A stretch of 64,000 bases of DNA. Origin: Gammaproteobacteria bacterium. Lineage in GTDB: Bacteria; Pseudomonadota; Gammaproteobacteria; JBCCGL01. This document shows positions 50,991 to 60,887 of the stretch, piece after piece. The notes under the pieces were generated by a model. It ran no database searches, was not told where the DNA came from, and saw only the letters and a program-made list of their open reading frames with translations. The stretch is from the NCBI GenBank assembly GCA_965277715.1, contig OZ255836.1, forward strand, positions 192,001 to 256,000. The letters are read 5' to 3'. Every line of letters starts with the position of its first letter. The first letter of the stretch is position 1. The translations under genes and the position numbers were made by a program.

Positions 50991-51241
50991 TACGGTATCG
51001 ATATATTCAGATAACTGGTAGGTGGCCCATGTCTCGTTTCTGGGGGTGTGTCGCTTTACGCTAAATTAATCAGGCGGTTGAGGCAGTCGAGATAAACTAC
51101 GTGCTCAACTGTGTGTTTTTACGATAGCATATATTATATGCTCTATAACGATACGGCGGGTCAGGCAAGTACATGGGCAAGCACATGGGCAAGCACGTGA
51201 AACACGTATTGTTTTTTTCGTGAATTGCTGCTGTTGTATTT

Positions 51242-51261
51242 CTATATCTGTTCAGATATAG
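51242..51261. promoter_or_regulatory. Perfect 9-bp inverted repeat, candidate operator
   Basis: CTATATCTG-TT-CAGATATAG, about 30 bp before the Rieske gene ATG. Confidence 0.4.
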
Positions 51262-51293
51262 CGTACTCCATCGTTTTTATTAGGGTTTCTATA

Positions 51294-52487
51294 ATGAATA
51301 TTAATCAGTTAATTGCAGGTTGTAAGCCCGGCTTTGCTCTCCCTGCCGCGTTTTATAATGCAGATGAAATATACCGGCGCGATGTCGAGCAGATTGTGAT
51401 GCGTAGCTGGATTTATGCCTGCCATCAAAGCGAGCTGGCGGAGGTGGGCAGTTTCAGGTTGTTGGAATTGGCGGGCGAGTCGGTAGTGGTTGTCAAGACG
51501 GCGACGGGGGAGATCAAAGCGCACTTTAATGTGTGTCGGCATCGCGGTTCACGGGTGTGCCTGGCAGAGTCCGGGCGGGCGCAGAATCTGGTGTGTCCCT
51601 ATCACGGTTGGGCTTATGATTTACACGGGAAGTTACTCAATAGTCGTGAGATGCCTGCCGGGTTTGATAAGTCTGCATATGGTTTAAAACCTGCCAGTGT
51701 GTCGGTTGTTCACGGGATGGTGTTTGTCAATTTCGATGCGGATGCCGCGCCATTTTTGCCGTTTACAACGCCATTAAATAAAGCCCTGGATATTTATGAT
51801 TTGGCCAATGCACAGGTTGCCTATCAGGAAACCTGGAATGTGCAGGCGAACTGGAAGCTGGCGGTGGAGAATTTTATGGAGTGTTATCACTGCGCGCCCG
51901 CACACCCGGAGTATGCGCGGGCGCACAGCCTTAAGTTGCCCTCGCGTTTGAGTGAGAAGTTGCTGGGGCCGATGTATGAGAGGTGCGAGTCACTGGGCAT
52001 TTATTCTGAGACGATCGATGGGGAAGGTGGGGAGTCGGGTACTTGGCTTAATAGTATTTTTTATGGGCGCCATCCGTTGTTTGATGGTTATGTTACCGGG
52101 AGTGAGGACGGTAAACCGCTGGCACCATTGCTCGGTAATATGCCGGATTACGATGGTGCGGCGGCCGATATACAAATGGGATTGATGTGTTACGGTCTGG
52201 TGTATCCCGATCATGCGGTGATCTATAGTTTTTTACCGATGGGCAAGCATTCGACTGATATGAAAATAATCTGGTTGGTGCGTGGTGATGCCGTTGAGGG
52301 TGTCGATTATCAGCGGGATCAGTTGACTTGGCTGTGGCGAGTGACGACGGAGGCGGATAAGACGATTATTTTGAATAATCAGTTGGGGGTTAATTCGCGG
52401 GTTTATGAACCTGGACCGTATGCGGAGATGGAGGCGTTTACGCAGCTTTTTGTTACCTGGTATTTGAGTGTGATTGGGGAGGAGTGA
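51294..52487 (+). CDS. Rieske non-heme iron oxygenase alpha subunit (GbcA-like quaternary-amine group likely)
   Basis: CRHRG...CPYHGW Rieske motif; NWKLAVENFMECYHC..AH mononuclear Fe site. Confidence 0.88.
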   Translation: MNINQLIAGCKPGFALPAAFYNADEIYRRDVEQIVMRSWIYACHQSELAEVGSFRLLELAGESVVVVKTATGEIKAHFNVCRHRGSRVCLAESGRAQNLVCPYHGWAYDLHGKLLNSREMPAGFDKSAYGLKPASVSVVHGMVFVNFDADAAPFLPFTTPLNKALDIYDLANAQVAYQETWNVQANWKLAVENFMECYHCAPAHPEYARAHSLKLPSRLSEKLLGPMYERCESLGIYSETIDGEGGESGTWLNSIFYGRHPLFDGYVTGSEDGKPLAPLLGNMPDYDGAAADIQMGLMCYGLVYPDHAVIYSFLPMGKHSTDMKIIWLVRGDAVEGVDYQRDQLTWLWRVTTEADKTIILNNQLGVNSRVYEPGPYAEMEAFTQLFVTWYLSVIGEE

Positions 52488-52585
52488 ATGTGGGTGAATC
52501 TATCCATGTATGGCTTTTTAAGTAGTGTAGGGTGCTGTGTGGGCCATTTGTGAGGCTTTGCTTAACCAGGCTCAGGTTCGATTGA

Positions 52586-52633
52586 CTAGGCCCCATGTAT
52601 TGACTTATGTGTAAGTTAATACATGGGGTCTAG
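52586..52633. repeat. 48-bp palindromic REP-like element
   Basis: CTAGGCCCCATGTATTGACTTA-TGTG-TAAGTTAATACATGGGGTCTAG. Confidence 0.8.
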
Positions 52634-52878
52634 CCTGGATTTCTTTCTAACCGCAGATGAGTGCGGCACAGGCGGTGAGAATATCTTGCTAATTAATACG
52701 GTAGTACGCCAACTGTTTCTGTGTAAAGTAGGCTGGTGTTAATTGCTGATGGCGACAGGCAGTGATAAGAGCGATAGTGCCACCAGGTAAACCAGTGGTC
52801 TGGTTTGTCGTATCAGGGCATTACAGCACGGTGAAAAAAGTGCGTGGTGTGACCTCTCTTTAATCCTCTGGTGTACCA

Positions 52879-53055
52879 GGAGTATGTCGGATTCAGGACT
52901 GCTCTACTGCGGAAAAGCCGATTTGGCCCTTTTTTGTGCACCTATTTTTTGCGTACCATCCTGTCATATAGAACCACTATGTTCCTCAATAGTGCGTAAA
53001 AAATGACTCAAATCGGTCTTTCCCCCGCTACGAGCACCTCAACCCGACAGGCTCT
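52879..53055. mobile_element. Two-ended MITE-like element (~177 bp)
   Basis: Inverted ends GGAGTATGTCGGATTCAGG / CCTCAACCCGACAGGCTCT; each half matches solo ends elsewhere in the window. Confidence 0.7.
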
Positions 53056-53335
53056 TAGCTCAATATATAAAAACATAGAGTATTGGGTAATAGTTGAAAT
53101 ATTGAAATCATCAACTACGCTTAGTGAAAATAAAATAAATTCCCAGTGGTTTTAGCCTGATCATATCTTTAATCATATTTAGAGAATGTGTTCTTTTGGT
53201 GTGTCTTCTTATCGGGTGCGCCATATAGCGCTATGAAGCTGTTAAAGGGAGGATCCTTTTTATAAGGAGGCATCAAATCAGTTCTCTGGAAATATTAACT
53301 AATAGAAAAAATAACTGTATCAAGAGGAAAATTCG

Positions 53336-54598
53336 ATGAATATCCAATACTTACCGGTAGTTACGGCAATATCTTTATTATTGGTGGGCACTGCTGCTGC
53401 AGACAATACCAACTTAAACAAACTCGGCGCGTTTAAAACCACAGGTGTTAGTGGTGGTGAAAGCATTCCACAGGAAGGCAAATACGCCAATAATCTACGC
53501 AAAATTCTACAAACAATTAAAATGCCGCCGGGGTTCAAAATCGAACTCTTTGCGCTGGCACCTGATGCCCGGCATATGACTGTAGGCCGCAATAAAGCAA
53601 CAGTATGGATTGGCACCAGGAAGTCTAAAATCTGGGCGGCTACTGATCGTGATCTGGATAACATCGCCGATACGGTGGAAGAGTTTAGCCCCAGCGTTAA
53701 ATTTGATATCCCCAACGGAGTGTGCTATTCACCCGATGGTTTTCTGTTTGTCGCCGAGCGCAATCGGGTGATGATGTTTCCCGCCGCAGAGTTTTTTATG
53801 GAGAGCCCGGATACTGTCGCTATCCCGATAGTTCCCCAAGGCGAGCTGATCCCGGTAGACGAGGAATCTTACAATCACACCGCCAGGGTGTGCGCGATAG
53901 GTCCCGATAACAAATTGTATATCAGCCTTGGCCAGCCGTTTAATGTGACCCCTGATGATAAGATCGAGCGGTATAAGCAAACCGGCATCGGCGGTATGAT
54001 CCGCATGGATCGTGACGGCAGTAACCGTGAGGTGATCGCTACTGGTATCCGCAACTCAGTGGGGCATGCCTTCAACCCGGCAGATGGCAGCTTGTGGTTT
54101 ACTGATAATCAGGTTGATGGTATGGGTGATGAAACGCCGCCCGGCGAGTTAAACAAAATACCCGGTGACGGTATGTGGTTTGGCCACCCTTATTTTGGCG
54201 GTGGTGAAGTCAGAACCAATGAATACAAAGACCAGGCCATCCCCGAGGCAGACATGGCCAAATACGTTGCCCCTCAAGTAGAGATGACGCCTCACGCGGC
54301 CGATCTTGGCATGATGTTTTACACCGGTAAGATGTTTCCAGAGAAGTACAAAAACGCTATCTTTAGCGCGCAGCACGGTTCCTGGAATGCCACGGTGCCA
54401 CGCGGTGCGCGAGTGATGGTGACATTCCTGGACGATGACGGAAACGCGGCAGAAACAGTGCCCTTTGCCGAAGGCTGGTTACAGGATAACGGCGTGTATT
54501 CAGGCCGCCCTGTCGATGTACAGCAATACGTCGATGGTTCTATTTTAGTATCAGATGACAAGGCGGGTGCTGTGTACCGCATTTCTTACAGCAACTAA
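53336..54598 (+). CDS. Periplasmic PQQ-dependent sugar (glucose/sorbosone-type) dehydrogenase
   Basis: Signal peptide; GIRNSVG, WFTDNQVD, HAADLGM, QHGSWN, GRPVDV. Confidence 0.88.
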   Translation: MNIQYLPVVTAISLLLVGTAAADNTNLNKLGAFKTTGVSGGESIPQEGKYANNLRKILQTIKMPPGFKIELFALAPDARHMTVGRNKATVWIGTRKSKIWAATDRDLDNIADTVEEFSPSVKFDIPNGVCYSPDGFLFVAERNRVMMFPAAEFFMESPDTVAIPIVPQGELIPVDEESYNHTARVCAIGPDNKLYISLGQPFNVTPDDKIERYKQTGIGGMIRMDRDGSNREVIATGIRNSVGHAFNPADGSLWFTDNQVDGMGDETPPGELNKIPGDGMWFGHPYFGGGEVRTNEYKDQAIPEADMAKYVAPQVEMTPHAADLGMMFYTGKMFPEKYKNAIFSAQHGSWNATVPRGARVMVTFLDDDGNAAETVPFAEGWLQDNGVYSGRPVDVQQYVDGSILVSDDKAGAVYRISYSN

Positions 54599-54665
54599 AA
54601 AAAGAAAAATACCGGTCAGGGCAGCGCTGGTTTTGCCCTGATCGGCTGTAGTGATTGAATTGATT

Positions 54666-55028
54666 ATGCGTATGAAATATTTTGTTGCGGCAATACTGTT
54701 GCTGGGCTTGTCTGGTCTATTGATTGGCCAGTCTGTTTATGCCGATAACTTGGCCGATGACCTGACAGCAGGCAAGGTAAAGGCCGAATCATCGTGCCAG
54801 ACCTGCCACGGGATGGATGGTGTGGCGACAATCCCCACTGCACCGAATATCAGCGGCCAGCAAAAACACTATATGATCATACAGCTTGAAGCCTACCGTT
54901 CCGGTAAGCGACAACATGCACAGATGTCGATTATCGCCCAGAGTTTGAGCGATGAGGATATTGAACGTGTCGCGCAGTGGTACGCCTCAATCAATGTCAC
55001 TGTCGAACTACCCGAAGGGCACAATTAA
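54666..55028 (+). CDS. Monoheme c-type cytochrome
   Basis: Signal peptide, CQTCH, PNISGQ, distal Met. Confidence 0.92.
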   Translation: MRMKYFVAAILLLGLSGLLIGQSVYADNLADDLTAGKVKAESSCQTCHGMDGVATIPTAPNISGQQKHYMIIQLEAYRSGKRQHAQMSIIAQSLSDEDIERVAQWYASINVTVELPEGHN

Positions 55029-55144
55029 CCACCCTTGGTTTAAGTGTCCTGACCAATACAAGACCCCACCACTGGGAATAAACCTATCGGTATAAGCCGG
55101 TAAAAAATAATCGGGTGGCTAGTGGGTTCTGGATCGAGATTCGT

Positions 55145-57193
55145 ATGTTAAGAACAATAAAACCCCTGGTATATCTTATTGGGTTGTGTGTATATACATC
55201 CGTCGCGATAGCTGAGGTGACCGAGCTGGACGCGGTTACCGTTACGGCAACGCGTGTTGAAAAGAACCGTGATGAAATTCCGCTGGCCATCAGCACTGTC
55301 GAACAGGACGATATCCAGCTTGCCACTGAACAGCTTGGCCTGGATGAATCACTGGTGGGCATCCCAGGCGTATTCTTTTTTAACCGTTACAACTTTGCCC
55401 AGGATTTACGTGTATCGATACGGGGTTTCGGTGCGCGCTCAAGCTTCGGGATTCGTGGCATTAAAGTACTGGTCGATGGCATACCTGAAACGCTGCCCGA
55501 TGGACAGGGGTCAGTCGATGGTGTGGATATTGGCTCGGCGGAGCGGATCAGTGTTATCCGTGGCCCGGCGTCTTCGCTATACGGTAATGCATCGGGCGGG
55601 GCGATTCTTATCGAGAGCGAAAAAGGCCCGGAAGAACCCTTTATTGAAACGCGCATCAGCGGCGGCGACTATGACCTGAATAAGCAACAGCTTAAATTTG
55701 GTGGCGATACCGGCAGGTTCAATTACCTGGTCAATGCATCCAACACAGAGATCGACGGCTACCGTTTTCACAGCGAAGCGGAGAATCGCCAAATCAATGG
55801 GCGCTTTGAGTTCACCCCCTCTGACAAAACCAGTCTGCTGGCCACACTGCACTATACCGATCAGCCATTGGCCAACGACCCTGGCGGGATTACCGCAGCC
55901 GATGTAGCGGCAGATCGCAGACAGGCACGCGACAATAATGTCACCTTTGATGCGGGTGAATCACTGGAGCAGACGCGTGCGGGGCTAGTGTTTAAAAACG
56001 AGCTCGACGCACAACAAAAACTCCAAACGCGGTTCTATTACACCACCCGCGACTTTAACAACAGACTGCCTTTCCAAAACGGTGGCGCTGTTTCACTGGA
56101 TCGAGATTTCGTCGGCGGCGGTATTAGCTATATCAATACAGGCACCATTGGCGATTATCAAAACCGCCTGCTGGTCGGTGTGGACTACGACTACCAGGAT
56201 GATGAGCGCAGGCGATTCAATAATATGCAAGGGGTTATCGGCGCGCAAACACTGAACCAGAACGAAGAGGTAAGCGCGGTAGGTGTTTATTTACAAAATG
56301 AAATGCAATTGAGTAACCACACCGAATTAACACTGGGCTTACGTTACGATGAAGTGACCTTTGACGTCAGCGATGCATTTCTTAGTGACGGTAACGATTC
56401 CGGCAAAGTCAGCCTGGATGAAGTCAGCCCAATGATTGGCATCAGCACGGCGATTGCCGAAAAATCCCGTCTTTACGCGACCCTATCCAGTGCCTTTGAA
56501 ACACCCACAACAACAGAGTTTGCCAACCCTAACGGTGGTGGATTTAATCAGGCGTTGAAGCCACAAACATCTATCAACTACGAAATAGGCCTTAAATCAT
56601 CAATGGGGGCGCACCATTTTGAAGCGGCGCTATTTCATATCGACGTTGACGATGAGTTGACACCGTTTGAGCTTGCCACCCAACCTGGGCGTACCTTCTT
56701 TCAAAATGCCGGTTCATCGGAGCGCGATGGCGTGGAACTCAGCTACAACGGCCAGCTTGCCCACGGGTTTACACTTTCTGCCGCTTACACCTATTCAGAT
56801 TTCACCTTTGATCGTTTTAGCGATGCCAACGGCGGCGTATTTGATGGTAATCAATTACCCGGGATACCAGAGAGCCTGCTCCACCTGAATGTATCCTGGT
56901 TTAACAGTGCTGGTATTTATGCTTTTTTAAGCACCACCTATACGGGCGAATTATTTGCTAACAATGCCAATACCGAAAGGGTCGATTCACACACGGTATC
57001 CAATTTTCGCCTGGGGTATAACGGCTTTGTTGACGACTGGGAGTTCTCACCGTTTATTGGCATCAATAATTTGTCCGATGAGGAATACAATAACAATATT
57101 CGTATTAACGCCTTTGGTGGGCGCTTTTTTGAACCAGCACCCGACAGAAATGTGTATTTTGGCCTTACAATACGCAAAAATTTTACAGGGTAA
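55145..57193 (+). CDS. TonB-dependent receptor, YncD/PqqU-like
   Basis: VTVTATR TonB box; RYNFAQDLRVSIRGFGARSSFGIRGI..DGIP..PDGQG plug; FETPTTTE; FEPAP. Confidence 0.85.
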   Translation: MLRTIKPLVYLIGLCVYTSVAIAEVTELDAVTVTATRVEKNRDEIPLAISTVEQDDIQLATEQLGLDESLVGIPGVFFFNRYNFAQDLRVSIRGFGARSSFGIRGIKVLVDGIPETLPDGQGSVDGVDIGSAERISVIRGPASSLYGNASGGAILIESEKGPEEPFIETRISGGDYDLNKQQLKFGGDTGRFNYLVNASNTEIDGYRFHSEAENRQINGRFEFTPSDKTSLLATLHYTDQPLANDPGGITAADVAADRRQARDNNVTFDAGESLEQTRAGLVFKNELDAQQKLQTRFYYTTRDFNNRLPFQNGGAVSLDRDFVGGGISYINTGTIGDYQNRLLVGVDYDYQDDERRRFNNMQGVIGAQTLNQNEEVSAVGVYLQNEMQLSNHTELTLGLRYDEVTFDVSDAFLSDGNDSGKVSLDEVSPMIGISTAIAEKSRLYATLSSAFETPTTTEFANPNGGGFNQALKPQTSINYEIGLKSSMGAHHFEAALFHIDVDDELTPFELATQPGRTFFQNAGSSERDGVELSYNGQLAHGFTLSAAYTYSDFTFDRFSDANGGVFDGNQLPGIPESLLHLNVSWFNSAGIYAFLSTTYTGELFANNANTERVDSHTVSNFRLGYNGFVDDWEFSPFIGINNLSDEEYNNNIRINAFGGRFFEPAPDRNVYFGLTIRKNFTG

Positions 57194-57245
57194 TAGAAGC
57201 GGGGAATCGTCTTTCAGTTGCTAATCGTTTTCCCGACATTGAACC

Positions 57246-58055
57246 ATGCGTGCCATCTCGGTTGGTTTTGTCATATCGTTGTTACTGCATAGCACCGTAA
57301 TAACCAGCGTCCTATGGGCATTGCCACGCTATCAAACACCGCAAAATAAATTACTTTCACTGGTATTACTCCATCCTCCTCAGCAGGTGGATAAGACCAC
57401 TCCAGTACCAGCAGCCAATAGCCCAGCGCCTAAATCTAAACCTGAAGCGCAACCCGAATCCAAGCCAGCCCCCAAGCTCATCACTAAACCACAACCTAAG
57501 CCTAAGCCCCAATCCAGGCCTGTGTCTAAATCACAACCCGACTTCAAACCAGCGCCTGAGCCTATACCTGAACCACAGCCAGAACCTAAACCAGCGCCCA
57601 GACCTGCACCAAAGCCACAGGCCAAGCCCAAACTACCCTTAGAATCAACGCGTGTACCAGTTTTAAAGGCAAAGCCTGATGCGATACAAAAGCCAGCGTC
57701 TGAGGTAACACCCATTCAAACATCACCATCAACACCGGCGCCGTTAAGCACGCAGGCAGATATTCGAGCGGAAAAAGCCTATATAAACGCTGTACGCGAT
57801 TTGATTGAAAAAAATAATACCTACCCCAGAAAGGCAAAGCGGCGGCGAATACAGGGTGAAGTTATTGTTCGCTTTACCCTCTCGGCAAATGGCGTGGTAA
57901 CCCGTCGTAATGTGCATAAAACATCCGGGTTTTCTGTGCTTGATCAAGCGGCGTTATCCGCTGTTACTAAAGTGAGAAGGTTTCCTCCTTTTCCTAAACA
58001 CACTCAACGTACACAATGGGTGTTTACAATACCATTGCGCTATGCACTTAAATAA
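57246..58055 (+). CDS. tonB: TonB energy transducer
   Basis: SLLLH TM anchor, PK/PE-rich linker, YPRKAKRRRIQGEV, SGFSVLDQAA. Confidence 0.88.
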   Translation: MRAISVGFVISLLLHSTVITSVLWALPRYQTPQNKLLSLVLLHPPQQVDKTTPVPAANSPAPKSKPEAQPESKPAPKLITKPQPKPKPQSRPVSKSQPDFKPAPEPIPEPQPEPKPAPRPAPKPQAKPKLPLESTRVPVLKAKPDAIQKPASEVTPIQTSPSTPAPLSTQADIRAEKAYINAVRDLIEKNNTYPRKAKRRRIQGEVIVRFTLSANGVVTRRNVHKTSGFSVLDQAALSAVTKVRRFPPFPKHTQRTQWVFTIPLRYALK

Positions 58056-58064
58056 ATACCTCTA

Positions 58065-58918
58065 AAACATATTGACGTTTCACATGGGTAACCAAAGAAA
58101 GGCGCATGCCAAGGCGAGCATGCTCCGATAGTTCCGCTTCAACTTATCATATCGGGTGGCAATCGCTCGAAAATGCTTCAATCGAGCAAACACATTTTCA
58201 ACCAGGCGTCGGTATTTATATAAACACCAGTCGATATCCTCATCGCCTATTTTTGAGTTGCTTCGCCGTGGAATAACCGGAACGGACTTTTTCTGTCTAA
58301 TCTGATGGCGTAACGCCTCGCTGTCATACCCTTTGTCAGCCACCACATACTCGCTTTTTGGCAAGGCATCAATCAATTCAGGAGCTGTTGTGGAGTCATT
58401 AACCTGCCCAGCAGTGATATCAAATAATACGGGCAACCCAAACCCATCTACAATCATGTGTATTTTCCTTGTTTTCCCGCCTCGACTGTTGCCAATGGCT
58501 TGATTTTCATGCCCTCTAGCCCCTGCGCTATGTTGGTGTGCCTTCACAATACTTCCATCAATAAATGCCCATTCTTGATCGGGTTCTTCGACAAGCGCAT
58601 GGAAAATGTTCATTAACTTGCCTTTCGATGACCAGTCATTAACGCGTTTATAAACACTATTCCAGTCACCAAATGACGCCGGTAAATCTCGCCACGGACA
58701 CCCCACACGCAATCGATAAAGAATTCCTTCAACGACTAACCGTAACTTCGGCTTGTCATAAATGCCTTCTTTAAGCATGCTACTCCGTAGCTTCGACCAA
58801 TACCCATCGTTGAGCAATAATCGGGACATGGCAAACTCGTATTTGTTGTTTTTCTCACATCCAATGATACGAGTTTGCCTTTTGTTTCAAAAGCTTATAG
58901 CCAAACGTCAACAGGCCC
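58065..58918 (-). mobile_element. IS5-family element with one intact and one eroded IR
   Basis: IR GGGCCTGTTGACGTTT (reverse complement at 58903-58918) followed by TAG; other end AAACATATTGACGTTT after CTA. Confidence 0.85.
58080..58829 (-). CDS. IS5-family transposase
   Basis: GCPWRDLP, IDGSIVKAHQH, ADKGYDS, YKYRRLVEN. Confidence 0.93.
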   Translation of the reverse strand: MSRLLLNDGYWSKLRSSMLKEGIYDKPKLRLVVEGILYRLRVGCPWRDLPASFGDWNSVYKRVNDWSSKGKLMNIFHALVEEPDQEWAFIDGSIVKAHQHSAGARGHENQAIGNSRGGKTRKIHMIVDGFGLPVLFDITAGQVNDSTTAPELIDALPKSEYVVADKGYDSEALRHQIRQKKSVPVIPRRSNSKIGDEDIDWCLYKYRRLVENVFARLKHFRAIATRYDKLKRNYRSMLALACAFLWLPM

Positions 58919-59290
58919 TAGCACCATTGATTTGTGTTTATCGCTGTTTCCTTGGGCCGATTTTCGAACGACCAAAGGTGCGATTAAATTGCATGTTGGT
59001 TTGAATCATGCAGGATACCTACCCGAATTTGTGTCGATTACCGAGGGTAAAGTACATGATGTTACTATTGGTAAGCTGTTGAGTTTCCCTAAAGGTAGTA
59101 TCATCGCCATGGATAAGGGTTACAATGACTACAATTGGTATAAGCAATTGACTAACAAGGGAATATTCTTTGTCACGCGACTCAAGAAGAATGCTAAATA
59201 CAGGGTTGTCAGTCGTCGTTCGGTATTGAAAGATAAAGGGCTAAGCTGTGATCAGACCATTGAATTTACGGGTGTTCAAACATCAAAAAA
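58919..59290 (+). pseudogene. IS4-family transposase internal fragment
   Basis: STIDLCLSLFPWADFRTTKGAIKLH, MDKGY, FFVTRLK; cut by IS5 on the left and fused to toxin DNA on the right. Confidence 0.85.
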
Positions 59291-59502
59291 ATGGGGCTAC
59301 GCACGGTTATTATCATACTGCATCAAACTTAACAGTAAACACGCAAGTAAGTGCAGGGCAAGTGATAGGGAGCAGCAATTTTTCAGGTCGAGCTACAGGG
59401 TTGCATCTTCACTATACGATTCAGACAGGAGCTACAAGAGCCACGAGAATTGATCCCTTACCATACTTGAGAAATCTAAATCCAAGTACACCAGGTCAAT
59501 GA
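59291..59502 (+). pseudogene. Orphan toxin tip with an M23-peptidase C-terminal half
   Basis: GYYH..VSAGQVIG..SGRATGLHLHY..RIDP. Confidence 0.65.
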
Positions 59503-59512
59503 GGGTATAGGT

Positions 59513-59959
59513 ATGTGCAGAGTTTTTGTAATAATTTTATTTTTTGTGTCTGTAAATGCAATAGCACTAGGCGCGAAATTTGAAGAGCCTAGTGATGCTT
59601 CGGTTTCCGTGGTTAAACAGTTTGGCTTGGGACAATTTGAATTTACTAACAACGGTAATTTTTCTGGTGTTATTAATATTAAAAATCATGTGTCTGGCAA
59701 GAGCTTTAAAGTATTTTCTGGCAGATATCTTAATGCACAGAAAGGGGATAAAAAAAGCTTTGTTTTAATAACGAGTATTATCGGTGATAAGCTGAATAAA
59801 GAATCACTATATGAATTTTATACCAAAACTATAGAAAATATAGTATATGAGGATAAAAAAATATACGTAATTTTCAAACGCGAAACAGAAATGTATGGAT
59901 GGATAGAATGGCGAAATAATGAATTTACATTTGTCTTATTTCGAGACCCAGAATTATGA
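59513..59959 (+). CDS. Putative periplasmic immunity protein
   Basis: AT-rich, signal peptide, directly after the M23 tip. Confidence 0.6.
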   Translation: MCRVFVIILFFVSVNAIALGAKFEEPSDASVSVVKQFGLGQFEFTNNGNFSGVINIKNHVSGKSFKVFSGRYLNAQKGDKKSFVLITSIIGDKLNKESLYEFYTKTIENIVYEDKKIYVIFKRETEMYGWIEWRNNEFTFVLFRDPEL

Positions 59960-60067
59960 TAAGTGTCGTGGATATCTATGGACAAAAAATCATGGGCATC
60001 TATTATTTGAAGAACCATAGCGTAGCGTGTCATTTTCTGATCGTATAAATTCCCAAATTATCGATGG

Positions 60068-60595
60068 GCGGTTACTACTGCGGTGATTGAGGGTACTGCC
60101 GCTGAGCTTGGCGGGGGTAAGTTTGCAAACGGGGCACAAACCGCCGCGTTTGCGCATTTGTTTAATGCGGAGATGAGTAACCTGAAGAAAATAATAGACA
60201 GTACGAGTGAAGCGATAGGTCATTATTTCAATGGCAATGGCGAATAGGTAGAGCTTGGGCCTAATACAAAAATGGCCTTGCGAAATCACCCGCTGGTGCA
60301 ACGCCAATCTGAAGTTTTACGAACAGAAACAGCCAATCACCTTAATGATAATTTGAGCGTTGAGTTAAGAGGAGAGGTTTATCATGTAGGAAAAACAAGA
60401 GTGGATTTTTCAACTGCTTGCCAATCTGGCTCTTGTACAACGACTTATATAGGGTTCTCCAATGACGGGTTCTGGGGTCCTAGAGCCCCTGTGGGATTTG
60501 GTGATGGAATTGGAGGTGGTTGGGAAATTCCTGGTGGTATTGGATATCGTTATAATCCATATAGATGGTCAGAAACGTACCCGGATAGGTTTTAA
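60068..60595 (+). pseudogene. Orphan Rhs-type toxin C-terminus with an internal TAG
   Basis: ELGGGKFANGAQTAAFAHLFNAE junction; TAG at 60245 where the paralog at 63383-63861 has CAG. Confidence 0.75.
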
Positions 60596-60596
60596 G

Positions 60597-60887
60597 ATGA
60601 TCTACTATTTACTGTTTTATTCCATCATTTTCTTGAGCTTTTTACTGTTTGATAGGTTTTCCAAAATAGGTTGGTCGAGTGTAAAAATATCTTTTTTTTC
60701 ACTTTTTAGCTCTGTTGTTATTTTGCTGTTTTGGAATTTTTTTCTCAGCTCGTTCTTTTTTGATCTAGAAACTCTCGGTAGTGGTGTATCAATGGTGCTA
60801 AGTTCAATTTTCTCAATAATTGAATTATTTGTTTATTCGTCACTGTTTTGTATTGCATTGTATTTTTACAGGCGAATGGCTAAATGA
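60597..60887 (+). CDS. Putative membrane immunity protein (about 3 TM)
   Basis: ATG 1 bp after the toxin stop; very hydrophobic and AT-rich. Confidence 0.65.
   Translation: MIYYLLFYSIIFLSFLLFDRFSKIGWSSVKISFFSLFSSVVILLFWNFFLSSFFFDLETLGSGVSMVLSSIFSIIELFVYSSLFCIALYFYRRMAK

Noticed and set aside
58875-59453. 192-aa ORF as an intact IS4 transposase
   Set aside because: It starts inside the IS5 end and finishes out of frame in toxin DNA; only the middle is IS4.
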